Part shown: positions 17,271 through 31,711 of the stretch, piece by piece
Numbering within the stretch: position 1 is the stretch's first letter
Layout: each line of letters begins with the position of its first letter
From: Batkoa obscura
Taxonomy: Eukaryota
Assembly: GCA_030770535.1 (NCBI GenBank)
Contig: JASVEC010000020.1
Coordinates: forward strand, 682,001 to 746,000
DNA length: 64,000 nucleotides
Direction of reading: 5' to 3'
Notes under the pieces: model-generated
What the model was told of the DNA's origin: nothing
Seen by the model: only the letters and a program-made list of their open reading frames with translations
The model's database searches: none
Position numbers and translations under genes: made by a program

Positions 17271-19702
17271 GGGGTTGTCTGAATTAGTTTCATTATTTTA
17301 TCCAATTTTTGAAAAATTTTGTATTTTAAAAACTTCGTTTAAAATTCTATAAAATCACATCTTTTATTAAAACAAAAGTACCCAAACACAGTTCTAAATC
17401 ATTCGATTATAGCTCATACTGTAAGTTAGTTGAATTTCTACTAGATCTTAAATACATATTCTTATAAAGCTTAATTGAGAAATATTTATTATCAACCGCT
17501 TTATAACCAACATTGTAGATTTATTATCAAATAAATAAACTATTTTAATGTTATAATTACATTATTAATATATTGCCAAGTTAATAAATAGCTGCATGGG
17601 AGGGAGTGGTCAGCCCCAAAACTATAATTAACCATCCCTATATAGTACAAGTAATAGTAGTTTTTACATATTATTACAGTTACTTGTTCTTTGACTATTT
17701 ATTAACTTAGCTATTAATAACTTAAGTAATCTTGACATTTAACAATCTATTTCTATCATTCAACAAACTACTTACTTGCTTAGTAAATATCGAAATTTTT
17801 AAATTCTCTGTTATCTTCGTAAGGTAAGCTGGGATCGATCCTTTAATCCTTATACTTTCTATAGACTCTATAACTTTAATTGGGACTATATCGCTTTTTT
17901 TTTGATGTATCAGATACTGGATAACAATGTAGTTTATTGTTATGTTTAATAAAGTGTAAATACTTCTTAATGCCCTGCATCTCTATTATTCTTTTTGTAT
18001 TTTTGTTTCTTTTATACTTTTTAAAAATTATATCTGTTTTCCCATTATTAACAGTCGAGTTATTAATTTTATTATGCTCCCAAATAAAAGTCTCAAATGT
18101 TGAGATTAATTGATCGATATCTTCTATTTTACCTAACGCTTCAAAACTACTTTTCCATTTTGAAAGGTTTCCAAAATGTCCATCAACTATACTTTTTCCA
18201 TGATGCTCAGCAAAAAAATTAAGATTGACATTCAAACTACTATTTATTTTATGAATTTCTTTAAATATATAGTGTAGAAACTCTTGGGATCTAAAATGAT
18301 TTCCTGTATCTGCCCATATATTGATTTTTGTAAACTTTTTAAATAGAAGCTCTGTAGAGATCAAATTGATTAAACAATCTCCTGCATATGCTGAATCATG
18401 ATTCAAAATTTCAGATAAATAATCAAAGTAAACTTTGCCTATCGTTTTATCATCTTTTAAATATAATACAGCAAAGCCTAATACTGATATAGCTTGTTTA
18501 TTATAATGATCTAGATTTATTGAATCTGGTCTTGTCCCTATTTCCATATTTTGTTTAAAATCTAAAACTATTATACACTTTTGTTATTTAATTTTTTAAT
18601 AGTTTCATTAAATGTGTTTTTTTGAGTATCAACACAGAATTTATGTAATTTGTATAATTTTTCTTCTTCGTTGAAAATTTCTTGTATCTCTGCTTTGTTT
18701 TTTGCTGTATTTATTTTATTTTCAAATAACTTTTTTCTAACTGTATACTGGGTACATATATTACATAGATCCGTTTTTCTTGCTGGATTTTTGAAATTAC
18801 TTGGTATATATTTAAAGAACGTTGACCTAGCTACTGCTTTATCTCTTAGATCATTCTTCTACTTTTATTTAATATATATATATTATCTGATGAATATTTA
18901 CTATCGTTATTTTTTTATTAAATCTTGATGAAATAGTTGAATCATTTAGTAAATATTGTATGATAGTTTCAATTTCCTCATCTTTAATTTTTTTTGTATT
19001 TTTAATAATAGATTTTAATGTTAATATTTTATTATTATTACTTGTTTTTGAATAGTCATATTGATTTCTATTTATATTAAACCCAAAACTCTTACATTCA
19101 TCAAAAGAATATACTGAAGCTATAGTTGATAATAACGCTACTTGCTGACTTTTGTTTCCTGTTTCCCTTAAAGCACTAATTTTATACATTACTTGATTAA
19201 GTTTATTATTATCGATAGTAAACTTTGATAATATATCTTTTCTTTGTTTTGTTTTATTATAAAAATTCCATAAACCTTGGGTTGTTATAAGTAGCTCTTA
19301 AAATTGATGTAAATGAATTACAATGTTTATATTGTGTACTCCTCCCTATTGTATTGAAGTTTTCAAAAATTCCATTTCGAAGTTTAGTTATGAAAGTTTG
19401 CATTTTATTTTTATTTCAACAAAAAATAAAGTCAAATAACTATGTTTATATAATTATGTATTTATATAATTATATAATTATATAGTTATATATTATATAT
19501 CTGTTAAATATCTAACAGAACTAACATAAAATATATAGTTAGGAAAATTAGCTATTCAAGAAAAGGAAACAATTAAAATAAGTTTTAAATAGAGACATTT
19601 AATTTTAGGCTTTTTAGATTTAACCGTTATATTGGACACAAACTTAAATTTTAAATTTGGATTAATTTCTAAGTAGATTCTGAAACCAATTAGGACAGCC
19701 CC
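17271..19702 (-). mobile_element. Sola-like DDD DNA transposon, copy 1 (2432 bp); transposase disrupted by homopolymer indels and a 22-bp deletion
   Basis: 22-bp imperfect TIRs GGGGTTGTCTGAATTAGTTTCA / GGGGCTGTCCTAATTGGTTTCA; ATAT on both flanks; transposase motifs VLDFKQN, WADTGNHF and HGKSIVDGHFG. Confidence 0.9.
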
Positions 19703-20374
19703 ATATATAGAAGTAAACTTAATCCTTCTTTATTTTCAAGTACTAACTTACATGGGAAATAGTATGATATATATATTTTTAAACTTTATTCATATTTAAA
19801 TTTTAATCTTTCAAAGAAAATTCTGCATGAAGCTTTAGTTAAGCTATATTTTAATGTTATAACATTTTTAATAATATGAATTTATTGTTAAAAAGATACT
19901 CTTATAATTGATAAAAATACAAAATTTTTGACCTGATGCAAAGGAAGCTGAAGTTGAAATGCTTTTATAAACAAGGTTTTATATTTAAAAATCAGATAGT
20001 AATTATATTAAGTAACAAATATTTTACGAAAAAATTAACATGTCTGGTGCTATAATATTTAGAAACACTGCCTGAGTTATTTATTCAAAATATGTTAGCT
20101 AATTTCTAAATTACCTAAATTTGTAGCATGTCTATTTTGAATTTTTACGCAAACTTCCTAACCAATAACTTGACCCAGGCCTATAAAATCCCATAATAAG
20201 CTGGAACGATCGATTTTTAGGAATAGAATGATCAAACCAAATACTAAGCGTAAATGCCCAAATGATAATAGTTAAATATTAGAGTGGGCAATTATTTTTT
20301 CATTGCACAGATTCAAAAAATACAAAAAAAGATCTAAATAATCAAAAGTAGCATAGTTATTTTTATATTTAATA

Positions 20375-22010
20375 ATGTACTATGCCAAAGTACTCTATTT
20401 TGATATAAGTATAAAGGATACATGCTTAATAGGGGTCTACAAACTAATAGGAAAAAATAAAATTAATGATGTCAACCTTTATCCTTTTATTTCTAATCAG
20501 TTTTATCAACGATTTATAGTTAATACTTCAACGAATATAGAAAAAAATCAAAAGGAATTGGTTATTAGAAAGATGATTGCGGAAACAAGTCTTTATATAA
20601 ATAAAAGGTTTAATGAGACAAGAGACGAGAGGTTTAAAGTTTTTTCAAAAATGGGATTAAATAATCCGTTACTGTATTTCAAAAGAGACAATAGCACATT
20701 AATAAGAGAGAAAACAAACCGATAATAAATAGTACAACAAATAACAAAGTCAAGAACCCGCTCTTTAGAATAATAAGTTTAATTAATAATAACAAGTGTT
20801 TCCCAAGGATAACTAAGGAGTTTAGAGAACAAAGTTGGATAAGTTAGATACTTATCAATATGAAATGGAAGAGTTGATAATACTAGTCGATTGGATGGAA
20901 AAAAAATAGAACATTTATATATAGATTACAAAAAAAGTTTTTTTTGGTTTTATGAACATGTTCTATGCGTTATTCAATTTGTAGTAAAAAACAAACAAGA
21001 TTCAATACCTTTTTCTCAGGTTGAAACATTATTAAAGATATTTCGTAAATTATTGAGGTTTCATAATAAGATGTCAAGCTACAAAAATTATACATTAAGA
21101 CAGTCAGTTATTTATTATTAGATGGGCATAAGTTTCATGTTTCGGAGTCATTAGTATTGGCCTTAGAAAAAAGTAATTCATTTTCCTTTACAGTTAATAT
21201 TTTAGGGTTATTAACTAAGATATGGCTATCTGAAAAGAGTTTTAATATGCTAAAATATCCGATCATTAGGCAAAAATTAATTGATGCTCCGTGGAAGAAT
21301 TTTACATTAGATTTAGAATTAAAGGAAAAATATATGCTAACAAACAAAATAAAAGAAGTGTTGGATAAAGATAATTTCAAAGGGTTTATAGAATTAGGAA
21401 AATTTTGGGGTTTTAATGGGTGTATTGGTGAGGCTTTAAATCTATTAACAGTACTCAAGTTATCTGATGAGGTGATGTTTAGACAAGAAATCAAGAATTA
21501 TGACAAAGAGTTATTTAATTTAATTAATATATATGAAAAGCAAACAATAACAACGCATCATGTGGATTTATTATTAATTTTTCAACCAAAAAATGAATAT
21601 ATAGCGTTATTTATTAAACTTATGAATCAAAAGATGACCGAAAAAAAAATAGATAATGATTTATATATATTTGAATTTGAATGTGATCCGATTATATTTA
21701 TTAAGTTTAAATAGAGATAAAGGACTATTTGATTACGAGTTATTAGTTGATATTTATTGCCAATTAGGTCAAATGAATAAAGTCGAAGAAATTTTGTCTA
21801 TAATAGAAATTAAAAAAACCAATGGTAGTAACAAAGATATTGACTAAGAAGTTTAAATCAAGTAACATTTTAAAATATGAAGAGTTGTTTCAGAGATTTA
21901 TTTCGTTAACTAATATGAATATTGTACATTTAACTTTACTTCTAATGAAATATGGTGATCATAAGGATTTATTCCATAAGGTTCTTGATATTATTAAGTT
22001 TATACAATGA
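20375..22010 (+). pseudogene. Fragmented helical-repeat (PPR-like) coding region; pseudogene or error-ridden gene
   Basis: Several consecutive same-strand ORF pieces in shifting frames; YELLVDIYCQLGQMNKVEEIL resembles a PPR motif. Confidence 0.35.
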
Positions 22011-22681
22011 CACACGCTTATTATTATATTTTGAGTAGAAATAGATAACATACTAATAGAGTAATTTGATAATGAAAAGGAAATTTGATTTAAATATTGT
22101 TTTATTATTGGCCCAGCATGTAAATTCACTATCGTTATTTACATGTTTAAACAATGTAGGTACTCATAACGCTATAAGTTTTGATTTGTATACTCTACAA
22201 CAAGTATGTTAACATCAAGTTTTTAATAATTCCCGTAAGAATTTCACAAGAATAAATAGGTCATTAGGAAATAACAAGTCACAGATAAGGAAAAGTGAGA
22301 CCGAACCACTTATTTATTTTTATACCAAATGTATTTTATTTTTGATTTAAATAAACTTTTAAGAATAATTAGTTAAAACTTCTCCACCTTTTGCTCCCTT
22401 ATTTTACTTATTTGTACAGATAGTGCTTAAAATTTCACTTTTTTTAGAAATTATATGATTTAGCATGCATAACTTAAAAGAATTGTGATGAATATTATTA
22501 GCTTGTTGATTTTTATGCAAATCAACGGTAAGCTTTAAAAGTAGGAACCAATCACAACTAATACGAAATAGTAATTGTCTCAAGTTCTAATTCACTTAAT
22601 TCAAGTATTTCAATAAATCAAATAATATTTATCTTTTTACTATCACTTTACTCAAAATTAAAGAGATAATTGAAGATTTCG

Positions 22682-25600
22682 ATGGAAGGTGACACCAATC
22701 CTCATACTACTACCCCATTAAATGAAGGTAGTATTGGAATTATTAACGAAAGAACTCAAGATAATAACAAAACAATAGATCAAAATATAATTGGTAGGGT
22801 TTATATTGAATTTATGCAGTTCATATTTAAGTTGAACGTCTTATTTTTATATAACTACGCTTTTCTATTTTTTAATAGTTCTTTTTTAAATTAAATAGCT
22901 TAGCATTTTTAATTTATGAAAATTAGTTCTTTTGTATATATCTCATTCTTACATTTTAAATAAATAGATACTGAAGAGCGTGAGGAAAGTAACATGATAT
23001 TTCGTCGAGCAAGTCAGACAAGTCAACCATTAATGGATAAAGCATCAATAGCAACAACAAATACTCGATATGGAGCTGCCATTACTTCAAGTGATGAAAG
23101 CAACCAACAAGTCGAAGCCAACGGCAACCTAGATGAAGATGGCTTACATTCTCCACATTATTCTTATCCACCTCAGAATGTTCAAAATCGTAATTCCTAT
23201 GCCTATATACCTGTTTCAAGGCAGGGTAGTGATGAGGATTTAGCAGGCTTGAATGTAGCCTTTCCACTTGAAATACCAACACCAAAACAGCCACCTTATG
23301 AACAGAATATTTCGATTTTAACAGACGATCTTGAAATCAACATTAAAGGTTATAAAGACATTAAAACCCGAACCCTCATTTACAATATTTTGGGGGTTGT
23401 AAGTGCTGGCATCATTTTCCTTTTAGGCAGATGGATGCCTAAAATCCCCATTTATTTTAACTCAGTCGAAACTTCATTTGTGGATGCAGATTGGGTTTCG
23501 ATTAAGAATCAGTTTGGTGAAACTGAAAGAATAGAAATACATACTACTGAGTATGGAGGACAATATGGTCACATCTTCCCCAATGCGAGTGAAAGTTAAA
23601 AAAGATTTGATGAAGATTCACACAATTACAAAAAGGTAATAGTGCAAAAGGTCAAGTATATTAAATATAGATTTATGACTCTTCTTTTGGATCCTTTAAC
23701 TGGTGGATTTTATCAACTTAGTCTATGGCAAGATAACAGGTGGCAGAACCCTACAGCATATCATAGTGGATTAGACTCTATCTTGTTTAAAGAAAGAGAA
23801 TCTGTCTTCCAAACTAACGAAATTGATATACCTCAAAAATCAATTATAAGCTTGTTATTCAATGAAGTTTTACACCCTTTCTATATCTTCCAAGTCTTTT
23901 CTATTATACTATGGTGCTTTGAGAATTATTATATTTATGCTTCTTCGATCTTTGTCATCTCAGTCTTTTCTATTATATCTACCTTAATTCAAACCCGCAA
24001 TAATTGGAAACAGATTAGAGAAATGTCAAAGTTTGTTTGTGATGTTAGAGTTTATCGTCAAAGACATTGGACAACCATATCATCTTCTGAATTGGTTCCA
24101 GGTGATATTTACGAAATTTCGGACCCCGAGTTTGGTGTTTTCCCGTGTGATTCTGTTTTAATCCAAGGTGATTGTATTGTTGGTGAAAGTATGCTTACTG
24201 GTGAAAGTATTCCTATTTCAAAGGTACCCATAAGTGATCCGCAATTGCTTCAAAAAGAATTCGGCCCATCTTTAACTAGTATGAACTCTTTCTCTCCTGA
24301 ATTATCAAAATCCTTGTTGTTCTCTGGTACTCATATAATCCGCGTTAGAGGTGGATTCATCCCTAATCATATTTTCCCAGATCGTGAAAAAGATAGAAGG
24401 GCAGTTGCCATGGTCGTAAGAACTGGTTTTAATACCGCTAAAGGTTCTTTAGTTCGTTCAATTTTATTCCCACGTCCAACTTCATTCCAGTTCTACAGAG
24501 ACTCTTTTTATTTTACTGGGGTGATGTTTTTAATCGCATTGGTTGGATTTGCTATCAGTGTATGGAAGCTTTTGGATATAGGAATGAAAACTTCTCTTAT
24601 CATTATTAGGACATTGGATATTGTAACGATCGTAGTACCTCCAGCTCTTCCTGCTACTATGTCAGTTGGTATGACTTTTGCTATTTCACGTCTTAAAACG
24701 AAAAGCATTTTCTGTATTGCACCTTCTAGAATTAACATTTGTGGAAAGATTGATGTTGTTTGTTTCGATAAAACAGGCACACTCACGGAAGAAGGATTGG
24801 ATGTATTGGGTGCACAAAGTTTAACTAACAGGTCGTTAAATGAAATTACCGAGGACATTTCAGCTTTATCAACTCAAACCAAGGATCAAAAAATTAGTTT
24901 ACTTCATTGTTTAGCAACTTGCCATTCTATTAAAGTGGTTGAGGATGAACTTTTAGGAGATCCTCTCGATCTCAAAATGTTTGAATCTACTAATTGGACT
25001 TTAGAAGAAGGTGGATCTACTCATGCTCAAAGCTCTACTGCTGATGATAAACGCCATTCCACTCAATTTATCCCTTCGATGGTAAGACCTCCAAACCAAC
25101 CTCGCTTTTCCATGGATAACATTCAAGGTATTCCTTCTGGTTTCCTTGAACTGGGTATTTTAAGATCATTTGAGTTCATTTCTAACTTAAGACGTATGTG
25201 TCAGTAATTGTCAAAATTTGGGATCACCATCTACTGAAGTATATACCAAAGGTGCACCAGAGGCTATAGCTGAATTATGCAACCCAGATTCCTTACCACT
25301 TGATTATTATAGTCAACTTGATTCATACACTCAACAAGGCTATCGTGTTATTGCTTGTGCTGGCAAAAGTTTGGATAATATTTACCTTTTATAAAGGTTC
25401 ATAAAATTTCAAGAGAAAATGTCGAATCTAACTTAACCTTTTTGGGATTCATTGTATTTGAAAACAAATTGAAGCCAGAAACCATCCCAGCTATTAAGAT
25501 TTTACAAGATGCTCAAATCCGTCAGATCATGTGTACTGGTGATAATCATTTAACTGCTATTTCAGTTGCTAAACAGTGTTCAATCATTGATGAACACGCA

Positions 25601-26931
25601 CTTGTATTTGTTCCAAAGGTGGAGGCTGATTCCCATCAAGTTTATTGGGAATCTGTAAATCATGTTCAACTTGGATTAGAAGATGATAGGCCTGTTTTGT
25701 TGGACTCTGTTCTCCTTAAACCACCGCCAGCTTACTCCCATAATTATGCATTAGCGATCACAGGCAATGTATTTAGACATATTTTAGATAATTCCACCTC
25801 TGGGGTTATTGATAGAATGTTAGTTAAAGCACAAGTTTATGCACGTATGTCACCAGAAGAGAAGCAAGAACTAGTAGAAATGTTACAACGTGTTGACTAT
25901 TGTGTAAGTTTTTGTGGTGATGGTGCTAATGATTGTGGTGCATTAAAAGCAGCTGATGTTGGGTTATCTCTTTCCGAAGCTGAAGCTTCAATAGCAGCCC
26001 CTTTCACCTCTAAAGTTCAAGATATTTCATGCGTACCATTGGTGATCAGGGAAGGAAGAGCAGCTTTGGTGACTAGCTTTTCTTGCTTCAAATACATGGG
26101 CTTATACTCTATTATTCAATTTGCTTCTATCATTCTTTTGTATAACTATGGATCTAATTTGGGTGACTACCAATTTTTGTTATTTGATTTGTTTGTTATT
26201 CTTCCAGTAGCTGTGGCCATGGCACGTACGCTCCCTCACCCCAAACTCCATGTCAAAGCTCCAACTGCTAGTTTAGTATCTACAAAAATGTTAGTGTCTT
26301 TTATTGGTCAATGTGGTGTACAAATTGCATTCCAAGTAATTGCCTTCTTTTATTTGATTAACCAAGAATGGTTTGAAGTACCTCCTTATGACCCTGAAGA
26401 ACCAAATATCAGTTCACAAGTCAATACCACTCTCTTTATTATATCTTCCTATCAATATTTATGGGGAGGCCATTGTATTCTCAGTTGGCTACCCATATCG
26501 TAAAGAGCTTTATACCAATATGCCATTTGTGCTTACTCTTGGAGTATTATTAGCTTTTATGATGTGGTGTAATTTGGGACCATCTCAATGGATATTAGAT
26601 GTGTTTGAATTGGTTGAAATACCACAAGGATTTTTATTATCGTTATTAGGGATTGCATTTGCTAATTTGGCAACAGCGTATATATATGAGCAAGTCATAT
26701 CCAGATTTTATTATCATTGCTATTGATTTTACCAAATATTTGCTCCGCTCCATGTTCTCAAGCTCTAGCTCTAGCTATTCCAATACTTTGAAGAAATATA
26801 GTGATTCAGGAGCTTCTACACCAACAGCTGTAGAAACCTTTAAAAAGGTTAATACTAGAGGAAAAACAAGCAGTAAACACTTCCAGCTTGTTAAGGCTCA
26901 GATGGATAGAGAATTGATTATATCGGCTTAG
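22682..26931 (+). CDS. YPK9: P5B-type ATPase (Ypk9/ATP13A2-like), one 5' intron (22794-22967) and several apparent frameshifts
   Basis: PCD, ESMLTGES, PPALP (P5B signature), DKTGTLT, GDPLDLKMFE, TGDN, GDGANDCGAL. Confidence 0.9.
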
Positions 26932-27176
26932 TATTTATGAATAATCAATCTAGTTGTTTTTACTTTTTTGTTTTAATAAAACTAATTTTATTATAAGTTT
27001 AGTATTTATTTTATTTAATAATAGGCAATTTCTCATAGGCATTAAGTTGTAAAATACTAAACTCACATTATAAAAGTAGAAAAAATGTCTTCAAAAGTAC
27101 TTTTATTTATTATGTAATTATTTACAAACTAATCAAATCAATAACCACGAACCCAAGAGCGAAGCTTGTTATAATA

Positions 27177-29077
27177 TGCACCAGAGGCTATAGCTGAATT
27201 ATGCAACCCAGATTCCTTACCACTTGATTATTATATCAACTTGAATTCATACACTCAACAAGGCTATCGTGTTATTGCTTGTGCTGCAAAAGTTTTGGAT
27301 AATTTACCTTTTATAAAGGTTCATAAATTTCAAGAGAAAATGTCGAATCTAATAACCTTTTTGGGATTCATTGTATATGAAAACAAATTGAAGCCAGAAA
27401 CCATCCCAGCTATATAGATTTTACAAGATGCTCAAATCCGTCAGATCATGTGTACTGGTGATAATCATTTAACTGCTATTTCAGTTGCTAAACAGTGTTC
27501 AATCATTGACTTTGTTCCAAAGGTGGAGGCTGATTCCCATCAAGTTTATTGGGAATCTGTAAATCATGTTCAACTTGGATTAGAAGATGATAGGCCTGTT
27601 TTGTTGGACTCTGTTCTCCTTAAACCACCGCCAGCTTACTCCCATAATTATGCATTAGCGATCACAGGCAATGTATTTAGACATATTTTAGATAATTCCA
27701 CCTCTGGGGTTATTGATAGAATGTTAGTTAAAGCACAAGTTTATGCACGTATGTCACCAGAAGAGAAGCAAGAACTAGTAGAAATGTTACAACGTGTTGA
27801 CTATTGTGTAAGTTTTTGTGGTGATGGTGCTAATGATTGTGGTGCATTAAAAGCAGCTGATGTTGGGTTATCTCTTTCCGAAGCTGAAGCTTCAATAGCA
27901 GCCCCTTTCACCTCTAAAGTTCAAGATATTTCATGCGTACCATTGGTGATCAGGGAAGGAAGAGCAGCTTTGGTGACTAGCTTTTCTTGCTTCAAATACA
28001 TGGGCTTATACTCTATTATTCAATTTGCTTCTATCATTCTTTTGTATAACTATGGATCTAATTTGGGTGACTACCAATTTTTGTTATTTGATTTGTTTGT
28101 TATTCTTCCAGTAGCTGTGGCCATGGCACGTACGCTCCCTCACCCCAAACTCCATGTCAAAGCTCCAACTGCTAGTTTAGTATCTACAAAAATGTTAGTG
28201 TCTTTTATTGGTCAATGTGGTGTACAAATTGCATTCCAAGTAATTGCCTTCTTTTATTTGATTAACCAAGAATGGTTTGAAGTACCTCCTTATGACCCTG
28301 AAGAACCAAATATCAGTTCACAAGTCAATACCACTCTCTTTATTATATCTTCCTATCAATATTTATGGGGAGCCATTGTATTTTCAGTTGGCTACCCATA
28401 TCGTAAAGAGCTTTATACCAATATGCCATTTGTGCTTACTCTTGGAGTATTATTAGCTTTTATGATGTGGTGTAATTTGGGACCATCTCAATGGATATTA
28501 GATGTGTTTGAATTGGTTGAAATACCACAAGGATTTTTATTATCGTTATTAGGGATTGCATTTGCTAATTTGGCAACAGCGTATATATATGAGCAAGTCA
28601 TATCCAGATTTATTATCACTGCTATTGATTTTACCAAATATTTGCTCCGCTCCATGTTCTCAAGCTCTAGCTCTAGCTATTCCAATACTTTGAAGAAAGA
28701 TAGTGATTCAGGAGCTTCTACACCAACAGCTGTAGAAACCTTTAAAAAGGTTAATACTAGAGGAAAAACAAGCAGTAAACACTTCCAGCTTGTTAAGGCT
28801 CAGATGGATAGAGAATTGATTATATCGGCTTAGTATTATGAATAATCAATCTAGTTGTTTTTACTTTTTTGTTTTAATAAAACTAATTTTATTATAAGTT
28901 TAGTATTTATTTTATTTAATAATAGGCAATTTCTCATAGGCATTAAGTTGTAAAATACTAAACTCACATTATAAAAGTAGAAAAAATGTCTTCAAAAGTA
29001 CTTTTATTTATTATGTAATTATTTACAAACTAATCAAATCAATAACCACGAACCCAAGAGCGAAGCTTGTTATAATA
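27177..29077 (+). repeat. Tandem duplicate of 25253-27176 (3' part of the ATPase, intergenic DNA, last codons of the protease)
   Basis: Near-identical sequence; junction ...gcttgttataata|tgcaccagagg at 27176/27177. Confidence 0.95.
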
Positions 29078-29917
29078 ATGTCTTAAACGATGTTTTTTGT
29101 TTAAAGGACCAAGATTTTCATAGACCCAATCTCTATAAGCAGAGACACGAGTAAAACCATCTGGTAAATCTTCTTCTATTCTACATTTTTCTTCACCAAA
29201 GGAAACAACGCCAACTTGGAAATAACGTGTGTAGTTATCATGACCATTATTAGTCTCTGGATCTGCAGCTAAAGTATAAAATAATGGACCCCCAGAATCA
29301 CCATTACAAATTGCTTGGGTATTATTTGGTGAGCGTGTACATACAGCTTTATTCCCATCAAAGCTATCCTTCCATTTTTCTCTACACTCATCAACATCCA
29401 CTGCTTTAACTTTTGCCTCTTGTAACTTGCTAGGTAACTTTTCTTTATCATAATCTATCAAACCCCACCCAATAACATTAAGCTCAGGTAAATCTTTATC
29501 AGTATTCTTATCACCTTTATATAACTTTACAAAATCTACATCAATACTAAATGGAATCATTGTCTTCAACTTCCAAACTCCAATATCATTGTCTAAGCTT
29601 TCATTATTATACTTTGGATGTGGGATGATTTTGGCGACTGCTAGATAATCACCTTTCTCTTCAGAATAGGGCTTTGATAAATCAAAACGATGTAATGCTA
29701 CTGCAGCTTTCTCTGGTGCTATTTCACAGCAGTGGGCTGCAGTTAAAACTGTCCATCGATCTATCAATGATCCTCCGCAAAAATGTTGTAGTTGATCATC
29801 TTGTAAACTTACTATAAATTTGTATTTAAAAGCTTCAGCTGGGCTATCTATATGCTCTGAGTCTTTTGCTATAACGCTTAAAGCTAATAAGCTTGATAAT
29901 AAATAACTAGATTTCAT
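29039..29917 (-). CDS. Secreted S1 (trypsin-fold) serine protease, intronless
   Basis: Signal peptide, HFCGGSLI, TAAHC, DIGVWKL, GDSGGP: catalytic triad intact. Confidence 0.93.
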   Translation of the reverse strand: MKSSYLLSSLLALSVIAKDSEHIDSPAEAFKYKFIVSLQDDQLQHFCGGSLIDRWTVLTAAHCCEIAPEKAAVALHRFDLSKPYSEEKGDYLAVAKIIPHPKYNNESLDNDIGVWKLKTMIPFSIDVDFVKLYKGDKNTDKDLPELNVIGWGLIDYDKEKLPSKLQEAKVKAVDVDECREKWKDSFDGNKAVCTRSPNNTQAICNGDSGGPLFYTLAADPETNNGHDNYTRYFQVGVVSFGEEKCRIEEDLPDGFTRVSAYRDWVYENLGPLNKKHRLRHYYNKLRSWVRGY

Positions 29918-31159
29918 CTTATTTTATTTTTGATAACAAACAAACTTTGGTTTGCTTTTATTTGGATGGTTTCACCAAGGAGTAATTTTTCAATTATTGC
30001 GTGAAATTTGTCCGCTATTTAAAAAGTTATTGGCAAGTTCTGAAAGTTATTTTTAACTTTATGTGACCATAGCTTTTATCTCTCTAAATAACATCAAATA
30101 ACCATATCACTAATATATAATATCAAACTTTAAATTTGAAGATAATTCCACTTATTGCTATTTAAGTTTGTCCGATATAATGATTTTATATTATGGAATA
30201 GGTACATAAAGCCTGTAAATTGCTGTTTCTTTATCAAGCTACGAAAGTCAATTCACAACGGTATAATAACAAATAGTTAAGAATACATTATTTTTGAAAT
30301 AGGTCATAAATTTCAAAAACATAAATGTTTATAGCATTTTCCAAACCTTCTATTTTTATTTTATTTAAGTATTTCTTAGTACGCTACTTATTATGTATGA
30401 TGTAAAAATAAATCAAATAGTATTTTTTAAATATGGAGTTTAATTTTATTGAAAGGCCATTTAATAGAAATAAAATAGACACAAAGATCAAATGAGTGAT
30501 ATATGATAACTTATAAGAATTCCTACCTTTGTATGAATAGAAATGACTGGCTTTTTAAAAACATGAATGTTCATCTATTTCTCAATTCAACCCCTAAAAA
30601 TAAGGTCTACAAAAATAAACCAACTTTAAAAATAATGAAAAAGCAAGTTTAAAAATAAAATAGATAAAATTGTAGTGGGTGTAAACAGAGATTAGTTATA
30701 ATAATTACGAAAATAGGATTGTTTGTGGTCTGTATCAGTTTAAATTAACCGTCAATCCTGTTTTTGTTTTTATGTGATGTATTGTGATAGAAACAAACTT
30801 TATTTTAAGGGTGTATAATAACTTATAGTTAGTTGGACCGGAGTAAGACAAAGTGATTTTCCAAACTCAATAAAAAAGAAATTAAAAGAACCCTGTAATT
30901 TTTTTGATTTCCCGTATAATCGTTGTCAAACATTGCATATTTTTTATCCGAAGATGGAGTTTTGTTGTTTAGTTTTATTTAAATAATAATTTATAGCGTG
31001 TATTAAAATTTAATTACTGTCCTTGTTTTGCTTTCCTTAATCCCTCCATCTTAATTGTATCGATTTTAAAACCGAGTTGGGTATTTAAAAATGATGTAAC
31101 TTGAAAATTATATTGAATTTTATATAAAATTTTTATTTATATAATAATAAGCATGATAT

Positions 31160-31258
31160 GGGGAATGTATTTTTGTGTTTAAGAATTTTACTAATAATTT
31201 TTCCACTTAAATAGCGCTTAAAAAATCGAAAAGTAATGAAACCAAAAAAAACACCACC
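31160..31258 (-). mobile_element. ~98-bp MITE copy, TSD ATAT
   Basis: atat|GGGGAATGT...ACACCACC|atat. Confidence 0.85.
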
Positions 31259-31711
31259 ATATAGTTTACAATCTATTCAGATGTATTTTAAAAAAATGAT
31301 TGATAATGATATAAGCTTAATAAAGTGTAAATAAATACCTGATTACAAATAATTTGTAATATAGGCTATTTGTCTGTTTTTTGATACTAAATATCATGAA
31401 TAATATATAATTTATATTTATTTTAGCTATAATTAAGCATCCTTGTTAAAGTAGCGTCATACATATTATTTATTCCGTGAAAAATTAGTTCTGTATCTAT
31501 TAATTTGAGGACAATTATTTTAATAACATGACTTACAGACGTCATTTCTTGTACTATATTATTAAAAATCAGAACTAAATAATTTGAAAATCATAAAGTA
31601 CTATTAATTACTGTGTTTATTAAATAAATATGTGTGATTAAAACTAAATAAGATATTTTAAACGGATTAATATTACAGTCAAATAATTTATGTACAAAAG
31701 GATCGAAAAAG

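Noticed and set aside
23597..23599. In-frame TAA in the ATPase as stop-codon reassignment or readthrough
   Set aside because: The downstream coding sequence shows indel-type errors nearby, and TAA terminates most genes in the window normally
24508..24858. Antisense or overlapping ORFs (also 1530, 15864, 18650, 21135, 41408, 47113, 53387, 53985, 60131, 63705)
   Set aside because: Shadow frames of real genes or of the transposase; no motifs
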